A DNA stretch of 64,000 nt from Pseudomonas aeruginosa PAO1 (GCF_000006765.1 NC_002516.2), one strand, 5' to 3'; counted from the first letter of the stretch, positions 46,281 through 57,534 are shown. Numbers and translations: made by a program. The notes: generated from the sequence alone by a model not told the origin.

Positions 46281-47903
46281 ATGTCGATCTTCGAACAGGG
46301 TCTCGCGCCCGCCGCCGTCAACCACATCGCCCTGACGCCGCTGAGCTTCATCGAGCGCACCGCCAGCGTCTATCCGCACTACCCCGCGGTGATCCACGGC
46401 AACATCCGCCGCGACTGGGCGCAGACCTACCAACGCTGCCGACGCCTGGCCTCGGCCCTGGCCGGGCGCGGCATCGGCCAGGGCGACACGGTGGCGGTGA
46501 TGCTGCCGAACATCCCCGAGATGCTCGAGGCGCACTATGGCGTGCCGATGATCGGCGCGGTGCTGAACACCCTCAACGTACGCCTCGACGCCGAAGCCAT
46601 CGCCTTCATGCTGCAACACGGCGAAGCCAAGGTGCTGATCACCGACTACGAATTCCACGAGGTGATCCATGCCGCCATCGGTATGCTCGACCACCCGCCG
46701 CTGGTGGTCGACGTCAACGACCCCGAGTATGGCGAAGGCCGCCCGGTTGGCGAACTGGACTACGAGGCGCTGCTCGCCGAGGGCGACCCGCAGTTCGCCT
46801 GGGAATGGCCCCGGGACGAGTGGCAGGCGATCTCGCTGAACTACACCTCGGGCACCACCGGCAACCCCAAGGGCGTGGTCTACCATCACCGCGGCGCCTA
46901 CCTGAACGCGCTGGGCAACCAGATGACCTGGTCCATGGGCCAGCACCCGGTGTACCTCTGGACCCTGCCGATGTTCCACTGCAACGGCTGGTGCTATCCG
47001 TGGACGGTGACCGCGCTGGCCGGCGTCCACGTCTGCCTGCGGCGGGTCGATCCGCAAAAGGTCCTCACCCTGATCCGCGAGCACCAGGTCAGCCACCTGT
47101 GCGGCGCGCCCATCGTGCTCAACGCCCTGATCAACATGCCCGACTCGGCCAAGGCCGCCATCGACCACCCGGTGCATGCCATGGTCGCCGGCGCCGCGCC
47201 ACCGGCCAAGGTGATCGGCGCGGTGGAAGAGATGGGCATCCGCGTCACCCATGTCTACGGCCTCACCGAGGTCTACGGCCCGGTCACGGTCTGCGCCTGG
47301 CACGGCGAGTGGGACGACCTGCCGCTGGAGCGACGCGCCGCGATCAAGTCGCGCCAGGGCGTGCGCTACCCGACCCTCGAAGGGGTGATGGTGGCCGACC
47401 CGAAGACCCTCGAGCCGGTGCCGCGCGACGGCCAGTCCATCGGCGAGATATTCATGCGCGGCAATACCGTGATGAAGGGCTACCTGAAGAATCCCAGCGC
47501 CACCGAGGAAGCCTTCGCCGGCGGCTGGTTCCATACCGGCGACCTGGCGGTCTGCCATCCGGACGGCTACATCGAGATCCGCGACCGGCTCAAGGACATC
47601 ATCATCTCCGGCGGCGAAAACATCTCCACCATCGAACTGGAGGGCGTGCTCTACCGCCACCCGGCGGTGCTGGAGGCGGCGGTGGTGGCGCGGCCCGACG
47701 AAAAGTGGGGGGAAACGCCCTGTGCGTTCATTACCCTGAAGAGCGATCATCAGGGGCTCGCCGAGAGCGAGATCGTCGCGTTCTGTCGCGAACACCTGGC
47801 CGCGTTCAAGATTCCGCGTACCGTGGTGTTCTCGGAACTGCCGAAGACCTCCACCGGCAAGATCCAGAAATACGTGCTGCGCGAGTGGGCCGCCGCCCTC
47901 TGA
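46281..47903 (+). CDS. dmdB: Acyl-CoA ligase, 3-methylmercaptopropionyl-CoA ligase (DmdB)-like
   Basis: YTSGTTGNPKG AMP-binding motif, YGLTE, GWFHTGD, PKTSTGKIQK. DmdB assignment recalled for this locus. Confidence 0.72.
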   Translation: MSIFEQGLAPAAVNHIALTPLSFIERTASVYPHYPAVIHGNIRRDWAQTYQRCRRLASALAGRGIGQGDTVAVMLPNIPEMLEAHYGVPMIGAVLNTLNVRLDAEAIAFMLQHGEAKVLITDYEFHEVIHAAIGMLDHPPLVVDVNDPEYGEGRPVGELDYEALLAEGDPQFAWEWPRDEWQAISLNYTSGTTGNPKGVVYHHRGAYLNALGNQMTWSMGQHPVYLWTLPMFHCNGWCYPWTVTALAGVHVCLRRVDPQKVLTLIREHQVSHLCGAPIVLNALINMPDSAKAAIDHPVHAMVAGAAPPAKVIGAVEEMGIRVTHVYGLTEVYGPVTVCAWHGEWDDLPLERRAAIKSRQGVRYPTLEGVMVADPKTLEPVPRDGQSIGEIFMRGNTVMKGYLKNPSATEEAFAGGWFHTGDLAVCHPDGYIEIRDRLKDIIISGGENISTIELEGVLYRHPAVLEAAVVARPDEKWGETPCAFITLKSDHQGLAESEIVAFCREHLAAFKIPRTVVFSELPKTSTGKIQKYVLREWAAAL

Positions 47904-48020
47904 GCGCCGCCAGCCGAATTGCCCGTGCAGCGGCCGTGCCACGGCGGCCGTAGGCAGGATGCGCACGGGCAACCCTGTACCTGCGGCCGTCCCGCCGGCC
48001 GTTCACCGACGAGGTGTGCA

Positions 48021-49802
48021 ATGCCTGAATACAACGCCCCGCTGCGCGACATGCGCTTCCTGCTCAACGACGTGTTCGACGCCCCCGCCCTGTGGCAGCG
48101 CCTGCCGCGACTGGCCGAGCGGATCGACGCCGACACCGCCGACGCCATCCTCGAGGAAGCGGCCAAGGTCACCGGCGGCCTGCTCGCGCCGCTCAACCGC
48201 AGTGGCGACGAAGAAGGCGCGCAGTGGCAGGACGGCGCCGTGCGCACCCCGGCCGGCTTCCGCGAGGCCTACGCGACCTACGCCGAGGGCGGCTGGGTCG
48301 GCCTCACCGGCAATCCGGCCCATGGCGGCATGGGCATGCCGAAGATGCTGGCAGTGCAGTTCGAGGAGATGATGTACGCGGCCAACGCCAGCTTCAGCCT
48401 CTACTCGACCCTTTCCGCCGGCGCCTGCCTGGCCCTCGATGCGCACGGCAGCGAGGAGCTGAAGAACAGGTACCTGCCGAACATGTACGCCGGCACCTGG
48501 GCCGGCTCCATGTGCCTGACCGAACCGCACGCCGGCACCGACCTGGGCATCATCCGCACCAAGGCCGAGCCGCAGGCCGACGGTTCATACAGGATCAGCG
48601 GGACGAAGATCTTCATCACCGGCGGCGAGCAGGACCTCACCGAGAACATCATCCACCTGGTGCTGGCCAAGCTGCCCGACGCGCCGGCCGGTTCGCGCGG
48701 CATCTCGCTGTTCCTGGTGCCGAAGTTCCTGGTCGGCGACGACGGCGCGCTCGGCGCACGCAACGCGGTGCACTGCGGCTCCATCGAGCACAAGATGGGG
48801 ATCAAGGCCTCGGCCACCTGCGTGATGAACTTCGACGGCGCCAGTGGCTGGCTGGTCGGCGAAGTCAACAAGGGCCTGGCGGCGATGTTCACCATGATGA
48901 ACTACGAGCGCCTGTCCATCGGCATCCAGGGCATCGGCTGCGCCGAGATGTCCTACCAGAGCGCCGTCGCCTACGCCCGCGAGCGCCTGCAAAGCCGCGC
49001 GCCGACCGGCCCGGTGGCCAGGGACAAGGCCGCCGACCCGATCATCGTGCACCCCGACGTGCGCCGCATGCTGCTCACCATGAAGGCGCTGACCGAGGGC
49101 GGCCGCGCCTTTTCCACCTATGTCGGGCAGCAGCTCGACCTGGCCAAGTACGCCGAGGACCAGGAAGAACGCAGCCAGGCCGAAGCCCTGGTGGCCCTGT
49201 TGACCCCGGTGGCCAAGGCCTTCTTCACCGATACCGGCCTGGAGAGCTGCGTGCTCGGCCAGCAGGTGTTCGGCGGCCACGGCTACATCCGCGAATGGGG
49301 CCAGGAGCAACTGGTGCGCGACGTACGCATCGCGCAGATCTACGAAGGCACCAACGGCATCCAGGCGCTCGACCTGATGGGCCGCAAGGTGGTCGCCAAC
49401 GGCGGGCTGTTCCTCTCCATCTTCAGCCGCGAGGTGCGAGCCTTCGCCGCCGGCGCCAACGCCGAACTGGCGGAGTTCGTCACCCCGCTGCTGACCGCCC
49501 TGGACCTGCTGGACAACCTCACCCAGGGCATCGTCGCCCGCGCCGGCAACGACCCGCGCGAGATCGGCGCAGCCTCGGTGGAATACCTGCATCTGTTCGG
49601 CTATACCGCCTACGCCTACCTCTGGGCGCGCATGGCCGCCGCCGCGCAGCGCCAGCGCGAGGTCGACCCGGCGTTCCACGACGGCAAGCTGGCCACTGCG
49701 CGCTTCTACTTCGCCCGCATCCTGCCCCGCGTGCACTCCCTCGCCGCCGCCGTCGAAGCCGGCAGCGAAAGCCTGTACGGCCTGGAGGCGGAACAGTTCT
49801 GA
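48021..49802 (+). CDS. Acyl-CoA dehydrogenase, DmdC-like long form
   Basis: MCLTEPHAGTDL, GTKIFIT, EHKMGIKASAT, GGHGYIRE, IYEGTNGIQALDL, plus C-terminal extension. Confidence 0.88.
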   Translation: MPEYNAPLRDMRFLLNDVFDAPALWQRLPRLAERIDADTADAILEEAAKVTGGLLAPLNRSGDEEGAQWQDGAVRTPAGFREAYATYAEGGWVGLTGNPAHGGMGMPKMLAVQFEEMMYAANASFSLYSTLSAGACLALDAHGSEELKNRYLPNMYAGTWAGSMCLTEPHAGTDLGIIRTKAEPQADGSYRISGTKIFITGGEQDLTENIIHLVLAKLPDAPAGSRGISLFLVPKFLVGDDGALGARNAVHCGSIEHKMGIKASATCVMNFDGASGWLVGEVNKGLAAMFTMMNYERLSIGIQGIGCAEMSYQSAVAYARERLQSRAPTGPVARDKAADPIIVHPDVRRMLLTMKALTEGGRAFSTYVGQQLDLAKYAEDQEERSQAEALVALLTPVAKAFFTDTGLESCVLGQQVFGGHGYIREWGQEQLVRDVRIAQIYEGTNGIQALDLMGRKVVANGGLFLSIFSREVRAFAAGANAELAEFVTPLLTALDLLDNLTQGIVARAGNDPREIGAASVEYLHLFGYTAYAYLWARMAAAAQRQREVDPAFHDGKLATARFYFARILPRVHSLAAAVEAGSESLYGLEAEQF

Positions 49803-49813
49803 AGCTTCCGTCG

Positions 49814-49839
49814 CGCGGCCCGTGGGCCGCGTGTTTTTT
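49814..49839 (+). terminator. Rho-independent terminator after the acyl-CoA dehydrogenase
   Basis: CGCGGCCC/GGGCCGCG stem followed by TGTTTTTT. Confidence 0.8.
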
Positions 49840-49884
49840 CCGGGACAGCATGCAACGCGCTGTCCGCCGACAGCCCGCGATAAC

Positions 49885-49918
49885 GGCGGATAACCGCGAA
49901 GCGGTTATTCGCCCTACG
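49885..49918. repeat. Single REP element
   Basis: GGCGGATAACCGCGAAGCGGTTATTCGCCCTACG, near-identical to 22735-22768. Confidence 0.85.
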
Positions 49919-49999
49919 ACGCCCGGGAAGCCGGCCAGGCATTCTTGAAAAACGACGCAACCGCCGGTTATTCGCTAGACCAGGAACAAGGACATATCC

Positions 50000-50866
50000 A
50001 TGCGAACCCTCACCACCCTCCTCGGCAACAGCCAGAAACTCGACGGCGGCGCCATGTTCGGCAATGCCCCGCGCGCGCTCTGGTCACGCTGGATGCAGCC
50101 CGATGCGGAGAACCGCATCGACCTCGGCTGCCGTGCCCTGCTGGTGCGCGACGGCGAGCGCAACGTACTGGTGGAGGCCGGCATCGGCGCGTTCTTCCCG
50201 CCCGCCCTGCGCCAGCGCTACGGCGTCCAGGAAGAGCGCCACGTACTGCTCGACAGCCTCGCCGCGGTCGGCCTGGACGACGCCGACATCGACGTGGTGC
50301 TGCTCACCCACCTGCACTTCGACCACGCCGGCGGCCTGCTCGCCGCCTGGGAAGAAGGCCAGCCGGCGCGCCTGCTGTTCCCCAACGCGCATTTCGTCAG
50401 CGGCCGCCGCCACTGGCAGCGCGCGCGCCAGCCGCACCCGCGCGACCGAGCCTCGTTCGTGCCGGAACTGCTCGACCTGCTGCAGGCCAGCGGACGCCTG
50501 GAACTGCTCGATGACGGCGAGCGCTCGGCGCACCTGGGCGAGGGCTGGCGTTTCCATTTCAGCGAAGGCCATACCCCGGGCCAGATGCTCCCGGAGATCG
50601 CCATGCCCGACGGCCCGGTGGTATTCAGCGGCGACCTGATCCCCGGCGCACCCTGGGTACACCTACCGCTGACCATGGGCTACGACCGCTTCCCGGAAGG
50701 CCTGATCGAGGAAAAGGAACGCCTGCTGGACAGCCTCATCGCCCGCAACGGCCGACTGGTCTTCACCCATGATCCATGCGTCGCCATGGGCCGGGTGCGA
50801 CGCGACGAACAGGAGCGCTACAGCCTCTACGACACCCTCGAGCGGGTCGAGAACCTCGAGGCCTGA
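50000..50866 (+). CDS. Metallo-beta-lactamase-fold hydrolase, YtnP-like
   Basis: [34 protein letters not shown]. Confidence 0.88.
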   Translation: MRTLTTLLGNSQKLDGGAMFGNAPRALWSRWMQPDAENRIDLGCRALLVRDGERNVLVEAGIGAFFPPALRQRYGVQEERHVLLDSLAAVGLDDADIDVVLLTHLHFDHAGGLLAAWEEGQPARLLFPNAHFVSGRRHWQRARQPHPRDRASFVPELLDLLQASGRLELLDDGERSAHLGEGWRFHFSEGHTPGQMLPEIAMPDGPVVFSGDLIPGAPWVHLPLTMGYDRFPEGLIEEKERLLDSLIARNGRLVFTHDPCVAMGRVRRDEQERYSLYDTLERVENLEA

Positions 50867-50874
50867 GCGAAAGG

Positions 50875-50901
50875 CGCGGCCCGCCCCGGCGGCGGGCCGC
50901 G
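50875..50901. terminator. Hairpin between convergent MBL gene and ddlA
   Basis: CGCGGCCCGCC/GGCGGGCCGCG 11-bp stem. Confidence 0.6.
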
Positions 50902-50905
50902 GGAA

Positions 50906-52012
<1,107 letters not shown>

Positions 52013-52041
52013 TCATCGTCGCGCGCAGCGAACGGCCTCCC

Positions 52042-53097
52042 TCAGCCGCGCAGTTCCTCGACCAGCGTGCGCAGCAGTTCGGCGGCCGGCAGCTCCCGCG
52101 CCAGCGCCGCGCCCTGGCCGGCCCACTGGGCGGCGAAATCATGGTTGCCGCGAGCCAGAGCGGCGGTCTGCAACGCTTTGGTCGCGTCGTAGACGAACGG
52201 ATAGTCCGGCAAGGGCGGCACTCCAGGCGCGGCGGCATCGAAGAACATCCGGTTGGGCAGGCCGCGGGCGCTGCGCCCGGACATGGTCACGGTCAGCGCG
52301 GTGCGCGCCGCGCGCGGCCCCTTCAGCGCCTCGCGGTAGGCGGCGTTGGCCGAGGACTCCGGACAGAGGACGAAGGCGGTGCCCATCTGCACGGCGCTCG
52401 CGCCCAGCTCCAGGGCGGCGCGGATGCCCCGTCCGTCCATGATCCCGCCGGCAGCCACCACCGGTAGCGAACCGCGCGCCGCCAGCAGGCGGACCAGCGC
52501 CAGGGTGCCGATGGCGGCGTCGCCGCGCTCCGGCTCGAACACCCCGCGATGGCCACCGGCCTCGATGCCCTGGGCGACCACCGCATCGGCGCCGGCGGCC
52601 TCCACCAGGGCTGCTTCCTCCGGCGTGGTGGCACAGACCAGTACGCGGATGCCCACCGCCTGCAACGCGCGAACCTGGTCGCGGGGCGGCGCGCCGAAAT
52701 GGAAGCTGACCGCCGCCGGCCGCTCTTCCAGCAGCATCGGCAGCAGGGTCGGGTCTTCGAGGAAACTCAGGTAGATGTTCTTCAGCCGCACCGGCGGCTC
52801 GGCGCCGAACTCGGCGAACAGCGGCTTCAGGTAGTCCAGCCAGGCGCGCTCGCGGGCCGGGTCGGCCTGACCCGGGCGGTGGCAGAACAGATTGACGTTG
52901 AACGGCTTGTCGGTCAGCCCGCGCACCTCGCGGATCAGCGCCCGGCCCTTCTCGGCGGCGCTACCGGTGATGGCGATCGAACCGAGCCCGCCGGCGTTGG
53001 ATACGGCGGCGGCCAGCGCCGGCGTGGAGACGCCGAGCATGGGTGCCTGGATGATCGGCTGCTGGATACCGAGCAGGCGCGTGAAGCGGTCAGTCAT
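52042..53097 (-). CDS. nmoA: Nitronate monooxygenase
   Basis: PIIQAPM, VSNAGGLG, PFNVNLF, QGIEAGGHRG, AAGGIMDG; 351 aa. Confidence 0.9.
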   Translation of the reverse strand: MTDRFTRLLGIQQPIIQAPMLGVSTPALAAAVSNAGGLGSIAITGSAAEKGRALIREVRGLTDKPFNVNLFCHRPGQADPARERAWLDYLKPLFAEFGAEPPVRLKNIYLSFLEDPTLLPMLLEERPAAVSFHFGAPPRDQVRALQAVGIRVLVCATTPEEAALVEAAGADAVVAQGIEAGGHRGVFEPERGDAAIGTLALVRLLAARGSLPVVAAGGIMDGRGIRAALELGASAVQMGTAFVLCPESSANAAYREALKGPRAARTALTVTMSGRSARGLPNRMFFDAAAPGVPPLPDYPFVYDATKALQTAALARGNHDFAAQWAGQGAALARELPAAELLRTLVEELRG

Positions 53098-53153
53098 GGC
53101 GATTCCCTCTCCCGGTCGGACGACACCGCGTCGGCCGACGCTTGACCAATATA

Positions 53154-53197
53154 TCTTCATAAAAGAATATTTTTAACAATTCATTCTCATAAAGAGA
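53154..53197. promoter_or_regulatory. Two T-N11-A LysR boxes (TCTTCATAAAAGA; TCTCATAAAGAGA)
   Basis: Dyad-symmetric 13-mers in the AT-rich nmoA/nmoR divergent intergenic region. Confidence 0.6.
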
Positions 53198-53204
53198 TAG
53201 ATCG

Positions 53205-54059
53205 ATGGACCTTTCCTCCCTCGAAATCTTCCGCGCGGTCGCCCACGAGGCCAGCGTCACCCGCGCCGCTCAGCGGTTGCAGCGAGCGCAGTCGAACGTC
53301 ACCACGCGGATCCGCCAGCTCGAGGAGGACCTGGGCGTCGAACTGTTCCTGCGCGACGGCAAGCGCATGAGCCTGACCGAACGCGGCAGCGAATTCCTCG
53401 CCTACGCCGAGCAGTTGCTGGCTCTCGCCGACGAGGCGCGTCAGTCGATGCATCCCGCCGAGCCCGGCGGGCGCCTGCGCCTGGGCAGTATGGAAAGCAC
53501 CGCGGCCAGCCGCCTGCCGGCGCTGCTGGCGAGCTATCACAAGGCCTGTCCGCGGGTCGCCCTGGAAGTCTCCACCGGCACCAGTCACGCGTTGTTCGAT
53601 GGGGTGCGGGCGCGGCGCCTGGACTGCGCGCTGGTGGCCGCCGGCCCGGGCTGGGCCGGCGAACTCGATGGCAGCGGCCTGCGCGGCGAGCCGCTGTTCC
53701 GCGAGGAACTGCTGATGATCCTGCCGGCCGAACACCCGCCGGTCCACGACGTCGCCGAGGTGCGCCTGCGCACCCTGGCCGGCTTCGCCCGTGGCTGCAC
53801 CTACCGGCAACTGGCCGAGGACAGCCTGGGCACGCCGCTGACGGTGCAGGAAGTCGGCTCCTACCATGCGATCCTCGCCTGCGTCGCCGCCGGCGCCTGT
53901 GTCGGCGTGCTGCCGCGCTCGGTGCTGCAACTGCTCGGCACGCCGCCGCTGCGCAGCCTGCCCCTTGCCGAAGTAGACACCTGGCTGGTCTGGCGCGAAG
54001 GCTACGCGACCGCCGCCTTCGAACGCTGGCGCGGCGTGCTGGGCCAGGCCGGCGACTGA
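53205..54059 (+). CDS. nmoR: LysR regulator NmoR
   Basis: [37 protein letters not shown]; divergent from nmoA. Confidence 0.85.
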
Positions 54060-54138
54060 GCGGCCAGGGGCGAACCCAACGGCCTGGCTCCGGTCCAACC
54101 CCGAGCCATCAGAACAATAGCGAGCCAAGGAGTTGCCC

Positions 54139-55305
54139 ATGAGAAGACTGCCCACCCTCTGCCTGCTGGCCCTCGCGCCGCTCACCGGCGTGGCGCCCCA
54201 GGCCCAGGCCGCCAGCCTCTACAACCTGCTGGTGGGGACCTATACCGAAGGCTCCAGCGAAGGCATCCAGGTATACCGCTTCGACGGCGCCGACGGCTCG
54301 GTGAAAGGCCCGCTGCGCGTGGCCCATACCAGCAACCCCTCGTACCTGACCTTCGCCCCGGACCAACGCACTCTGTTCGTGGTCAACGAGAACGGACGGG
54401 GCGGCAAGGGCGATACCGTCGGTCGCGCCACGTCCTACCGTTTCGATCCGATCAGCGGCCGCCTGCAACAGATCAGCCAGGTCCAGACCCTCGCCGATCA
54501 TCCGACCTACAGCAGCCTCAGCCACGACGGCCGCTACCTGTTCGTCGCCAACTACTCGGTACAGCCGGAAGGCTCGGTGGCGGTACTGCCGGTGCGCGCG
54601 GACGGCTCGCTGGCGCCGGTGGTGCAGGTGGAGTCGCACCAGGCCAGCAAGGTGCATCCGCGCCAGGTTTCCGGTCATGTGCACTCGGTGGTGTCCTCGC
54701 CCGACGGCCAGTACCTGTTCGCCCCCGACCTCGGCGCCGACAAGGTATTCGTCTACCGCTACGCCCCGGAACAGGCCGAACGTCCGCTGCAGGCGGCCGA
54801 TCCGGCATTCGTCCCGACCCCGCCCGGCAGCGGCCCGCGCCATCTGATCTTCAGCGCCGACGGGCGTTTCGCCTACCTGACCCTGGAACTGAGCGGCCAG
54901 GTGATGGTGTTCGCCCATGAGGGCAATGGCCGCCTGCGTCAGTTGCAGACCCACGACCTGGCGCCTGCCGGCTTCCAGGGCAAAGTCGGCGCCGGCGCCC
55001 TGCACCTGTCCGCCGACGGCCGCTTCCTCGGCGTGCTCAATCGCGGCGACGACAACCAACTGGTGACCTTCGCCGTCGACCCGGCCAGCGGCCAGTTGCG
55101 TTTCGTCGAACGGCGCTCGGTGGAAGGCACCGAGCCGCGCGAATTCGCTTTCTCGCCCGGCGGGCGCTTCGTCCTCGTGGCCAACCAGAACAGCGACCAG
55201 TTGCGGGTGTTCGCCCGCGATCCGCAGAGCGGCCAGGTGGGCAAGACGCTGCAAAGCGTCGAGGTGGGGTCGCCGAGCGATCTGCGCTTCGTGGCGGTGC
55301 CGTGA
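54139..55305 (+). CDS. ppgL: Periplasmic gluconolactonase (beta-propeller lactonase)
   Basis: Signal peptide; VGTYT, NPSYL, LFVANY, DLGADK, GSGPRH, PREF. Confidence 0.9.
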   Translation: MRRLPTLCLLALAPLTGVAPQAQAASLYNLLVGTYTEGSSEGIQVYRFDGADGSVKGPLRVAHTSNPSYLTFAPDQRTLFVVNENGRGGKGDTVGRATSYRFDPISGRLQQISQVQTLADHPTYSSLSHDGRYLFVANYSVQPEGSVAVLPVRADGSLAPVVQVESHQASKVHPRQVSGHVHSVVSSPDGQYLFAPDLGADKVFVYRYAPEQAERPLQAADPAFVPTPPGSGPRHLIFSADGRFAYLTLELSGQVMVFAHEGNGRLRQLQTHDLAPAGFQGKVGAGALHLSADGRFLGVLNRGDDNQLVTFAVDPASGQLRFVERRSVEGTEPREFAFSPGGRFVLVANQNSDQLRVFARDPQSGQVGKTLQSVEVGSPSDLRFVAVP

Positions 55306-55449
55306 CCTTGCGCTCGGCCATCCGCCGATACGCCGCTGGGCCGGCGGATCGGCGCTAAGCGGTCATCCGCACTACGGAGCCAGAGCCGAAGCCCGCCCTG
55401 GCTCCAAGGCCCACAGGCATGGAGCTTCCGCCCACATACGGCAAGTCCT

Positions 55450-55530
55450 GTAGGGCGAATAACGCCAGGGGCGTTATCCGCCGCTGTCCCGGAGAACCGG
55501 CGGATAACCGCAAGCGGTTATTCGCCCTAC
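55450..55530. repeat. REPIN: two inverted GTAG-type REPs
   Basis: Begins GTAGGGCGAATAAC and ends GTTATTCGCCCTAC (perfect 14-bp inverted termini); each half has an internal palindrome. Confidence 0.9.
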
Positions 55531-55827
55531 GGAACCAGGATCCGCCACGTAGAGGTTTGCCATGCTTGCCCTCCAGACGATGGGGTAGCTAACTCGCCCC
55601 GGCAGGAGGTCGAATCGTCGCGCAGCGGGTCGAGCGACAGTGATGCCGCGAAGGCGTCTCGCTCCAGGGGGAACCGTCGCGACGGGTTGCCCGCAAGCTA
55701 CACCCAGCCCCTCCCCCAATAGTCCCCGCGACCAATCGTCAGCCCCTCATCCCACCGTCCCGCGGCACCAACGAATCCACCTGAAACCCACGCCCAGCAA
55801 GGCCTATAGCACTAATCACAGACGCCC

Positions 55828-55857
55828 TTGACCTCAACTTAACTTGAGGTTTTATAG
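55828..55857 (+). promoter_or_regulatory. SoxR-activated mexG promoter with SoxR box CCTCAACTTAACTTGAGG (55832-55849)
   Basis: TTGACC...TATAGT with the dyad in the spacer; near-identical to the E. coli soxS box. mexGHI-opmD is an established SoxR/phenazine target. Confidence 0.92.
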
Positions 55858-55955
55858 TCCCCGCTGCGGTCATACCGCCCCGTTTCCCCAGGACCACGAA
55901 CCGCCCCCACGGCCGCTTCGCGGCGCCGGATGGCGACCAGCACAAGGAACGACCC

Positions 55956-56402
55956 ATGCAGCGCTTCATCGATAACTCGCTCGAAAGCAACTGGCTCTGG
56001 CTGACCGCCCGGATCTGCCTGGCCCTGATGTTCGTCGCCTCGGGACTGGCGAAGCTGTTCGACTATCAGGCCAGCCTGGAGGAAATGCGCGCCGCCGGCC
56101 TGGAGCCGGCCTGGCTGTTCAACATCGCCACCGCCGTGACCCTGCTGGCCGGCTCCGCGCTGGTCCTGCTGGACCGCAAGCTATGGCTCGGCGCCGGGGC
56201 GCTGGCGGTGTTCCTGCTGCTGACCATCCTCATCGTCCACACCTTCTGGAGCAAGACCGGCGTCGAAGCCAAGCTGGCGATGTTCTTCGCCCTCGAACAC
56301 ATCGCGGTGATCGGCGGCCTGATCGCCACGGCCATCGCCAGCGCGCAACGCCAGCGGCTGCGCCAGGACGTCTCCGTGGCCGCCACCTACCAGAAGGCCT
56401 GA
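55956..56402 (+). CDS. mexG: MexG (DoxX-family membrane protein)
   Basis: Four hydrophobic segments; first gene of the operon. Confidence 0.95.
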   Translation: MQRFIDNSLESNWLWLTARICLALMFVASGLAKLFDYQASLEEMRAAGLEPAWLFNIATAVTLLAGSALVLLDRKLWLGAGALAVFLLLTILIVHTFWSKTGVEAKLAMFFALEHIAVIGGLIATAIASAQRQRLRQDVSVAATYQKA

Positions 56403-56409
56403 GGCGATC

Positions 56410-57522
56410 ATGCAGAAACCCGTCCTGATCGCCAGTGCCGCGCTCATCTGCGCGGCGGTTATCGGCATCGCCGTCTACGCCACCGGCTCGGCGAAGAAAG
56501 ACGCCGGCGGTTTCGCCGGCTACCCGCCGGTGAAGGTCGCCCTCGCCTCGGTGGAGCGGCGGGTGGTGCCGCGCGTCTTCGATGGCGTCGGCGAGCTGGA
56601 GGCCGGTCGCCAGGTCCAGGTGGCCGCCGAAGCGGCAGGACGGATCACCCGCATCGCCTTCGAATCGGGCCAGCAGGTGCAGCAAGGGCAGTTGCTGGTG
56701 CAACTCAACGACGCGGTGGAACAGGCCGAGCTGATCCGTCTCAAGGCGCAGTTGCGCAATGCCGAGATCCTCCATGCCCGTGCGCGCAAGCTGGTAGAGC
56801 GCAACGTCGCCTCGCAGGAACAGCTGGACAACGCCGTCGCCGCCCGCGACATGGCGCTCGGCGCGGTGCGCCAGACCCAGGCGCTGATCGACCAGAAGGC
56901 GATCCGCGCGCCCTTCTCCGGCCAGCTCGGCATCCGCCGCGTGCACCTCGGCCAGTACCTCGGCGTCGCCGAGCCGGTGGCCAGCCTGGTGGATGCGCGG
57001 ACCCTGAAAAGCAATTTCTCCCTGGACGAAAGCACCAGTCCCGAGCTGAAGCTCGGCCAGCCCCTCGAGGTCCTGGTCGACGCCTATCCGGGGCGCAGCT
57101 TCCCGGCGCGCATCAGCGCCATCGACCCGCTGATCGGCAAGTCGCGCACGGTGCAGGTCCAGGCCTTGCTGGACAACCCCGAAGGCCTGCTCGCCGCCGG
57201 CATGTTCGCCAGCATCCGGGTCTCGCGCAAAGCCGACGCGCCGTCGCTGAGCGTGCCGGAAACCGCGGTCACCTATACCGCCTACGGCGACACCGTGTTC
57301 GTCGCCCACCAGGACGGCGACCGGCCGCTCAGCGCCAAGCGCGTCTCGGTGCGGATCGGCGAGCGCTGGGACGGTCGCGTGGAAATCCTCCAGGGCCTCG
57401 CCGAGGGCGACCGGGTAGTGACTTCCGGACAGATCAACCTGAGCGACGGGATGGCCGTGGAACCGGTCAAGGAAGACACCCTGAGCAGTGCCGCGCCCCC
57501 CGTGCCGGTCGCCGGCCGCTGA
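56410..57522 (+). CDS. mexH: RND membrane fusion protein MexH
   Basis: Biotin-lipoyl-like/hairpin MFP; IRAPFSG, GLAEGDRVVTSGQ. Confidence 0.95.
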   Translation: MQKPVLIASAALICAAVIGIAVYATGSAKKDAGGFAGYPPVKVALASVERRVVPRVFDGVGELEAGRQVQVAAEAAGRITRIAFESGQQVQQGQLLVQLNDAVEQAELIRLKAQLRNAEILHARARKLVERNVASQEQLDNAVAARDMALGAVRQTQALIDQKAIRAPFSGQLGIRRVHLGQYLGVAEPVASLVDARTLKSNFSLDESTSPELKLGQPLEVLVDAYPGRSFPARISAIDPLIGKSRTVQVQALLDNPEGLLAAGMFASIRVSRKADAPSLSVPETAVTYTAYGDTVFVAHQDGDRPLSAKRVSVRIGERWDGRVEILQGLAEGDRVVTSGQINLSDGMAVEPVKEDTLSSAAPPVPVAGR

Positions 57523-57534
57523 AGGAACCCCGCG

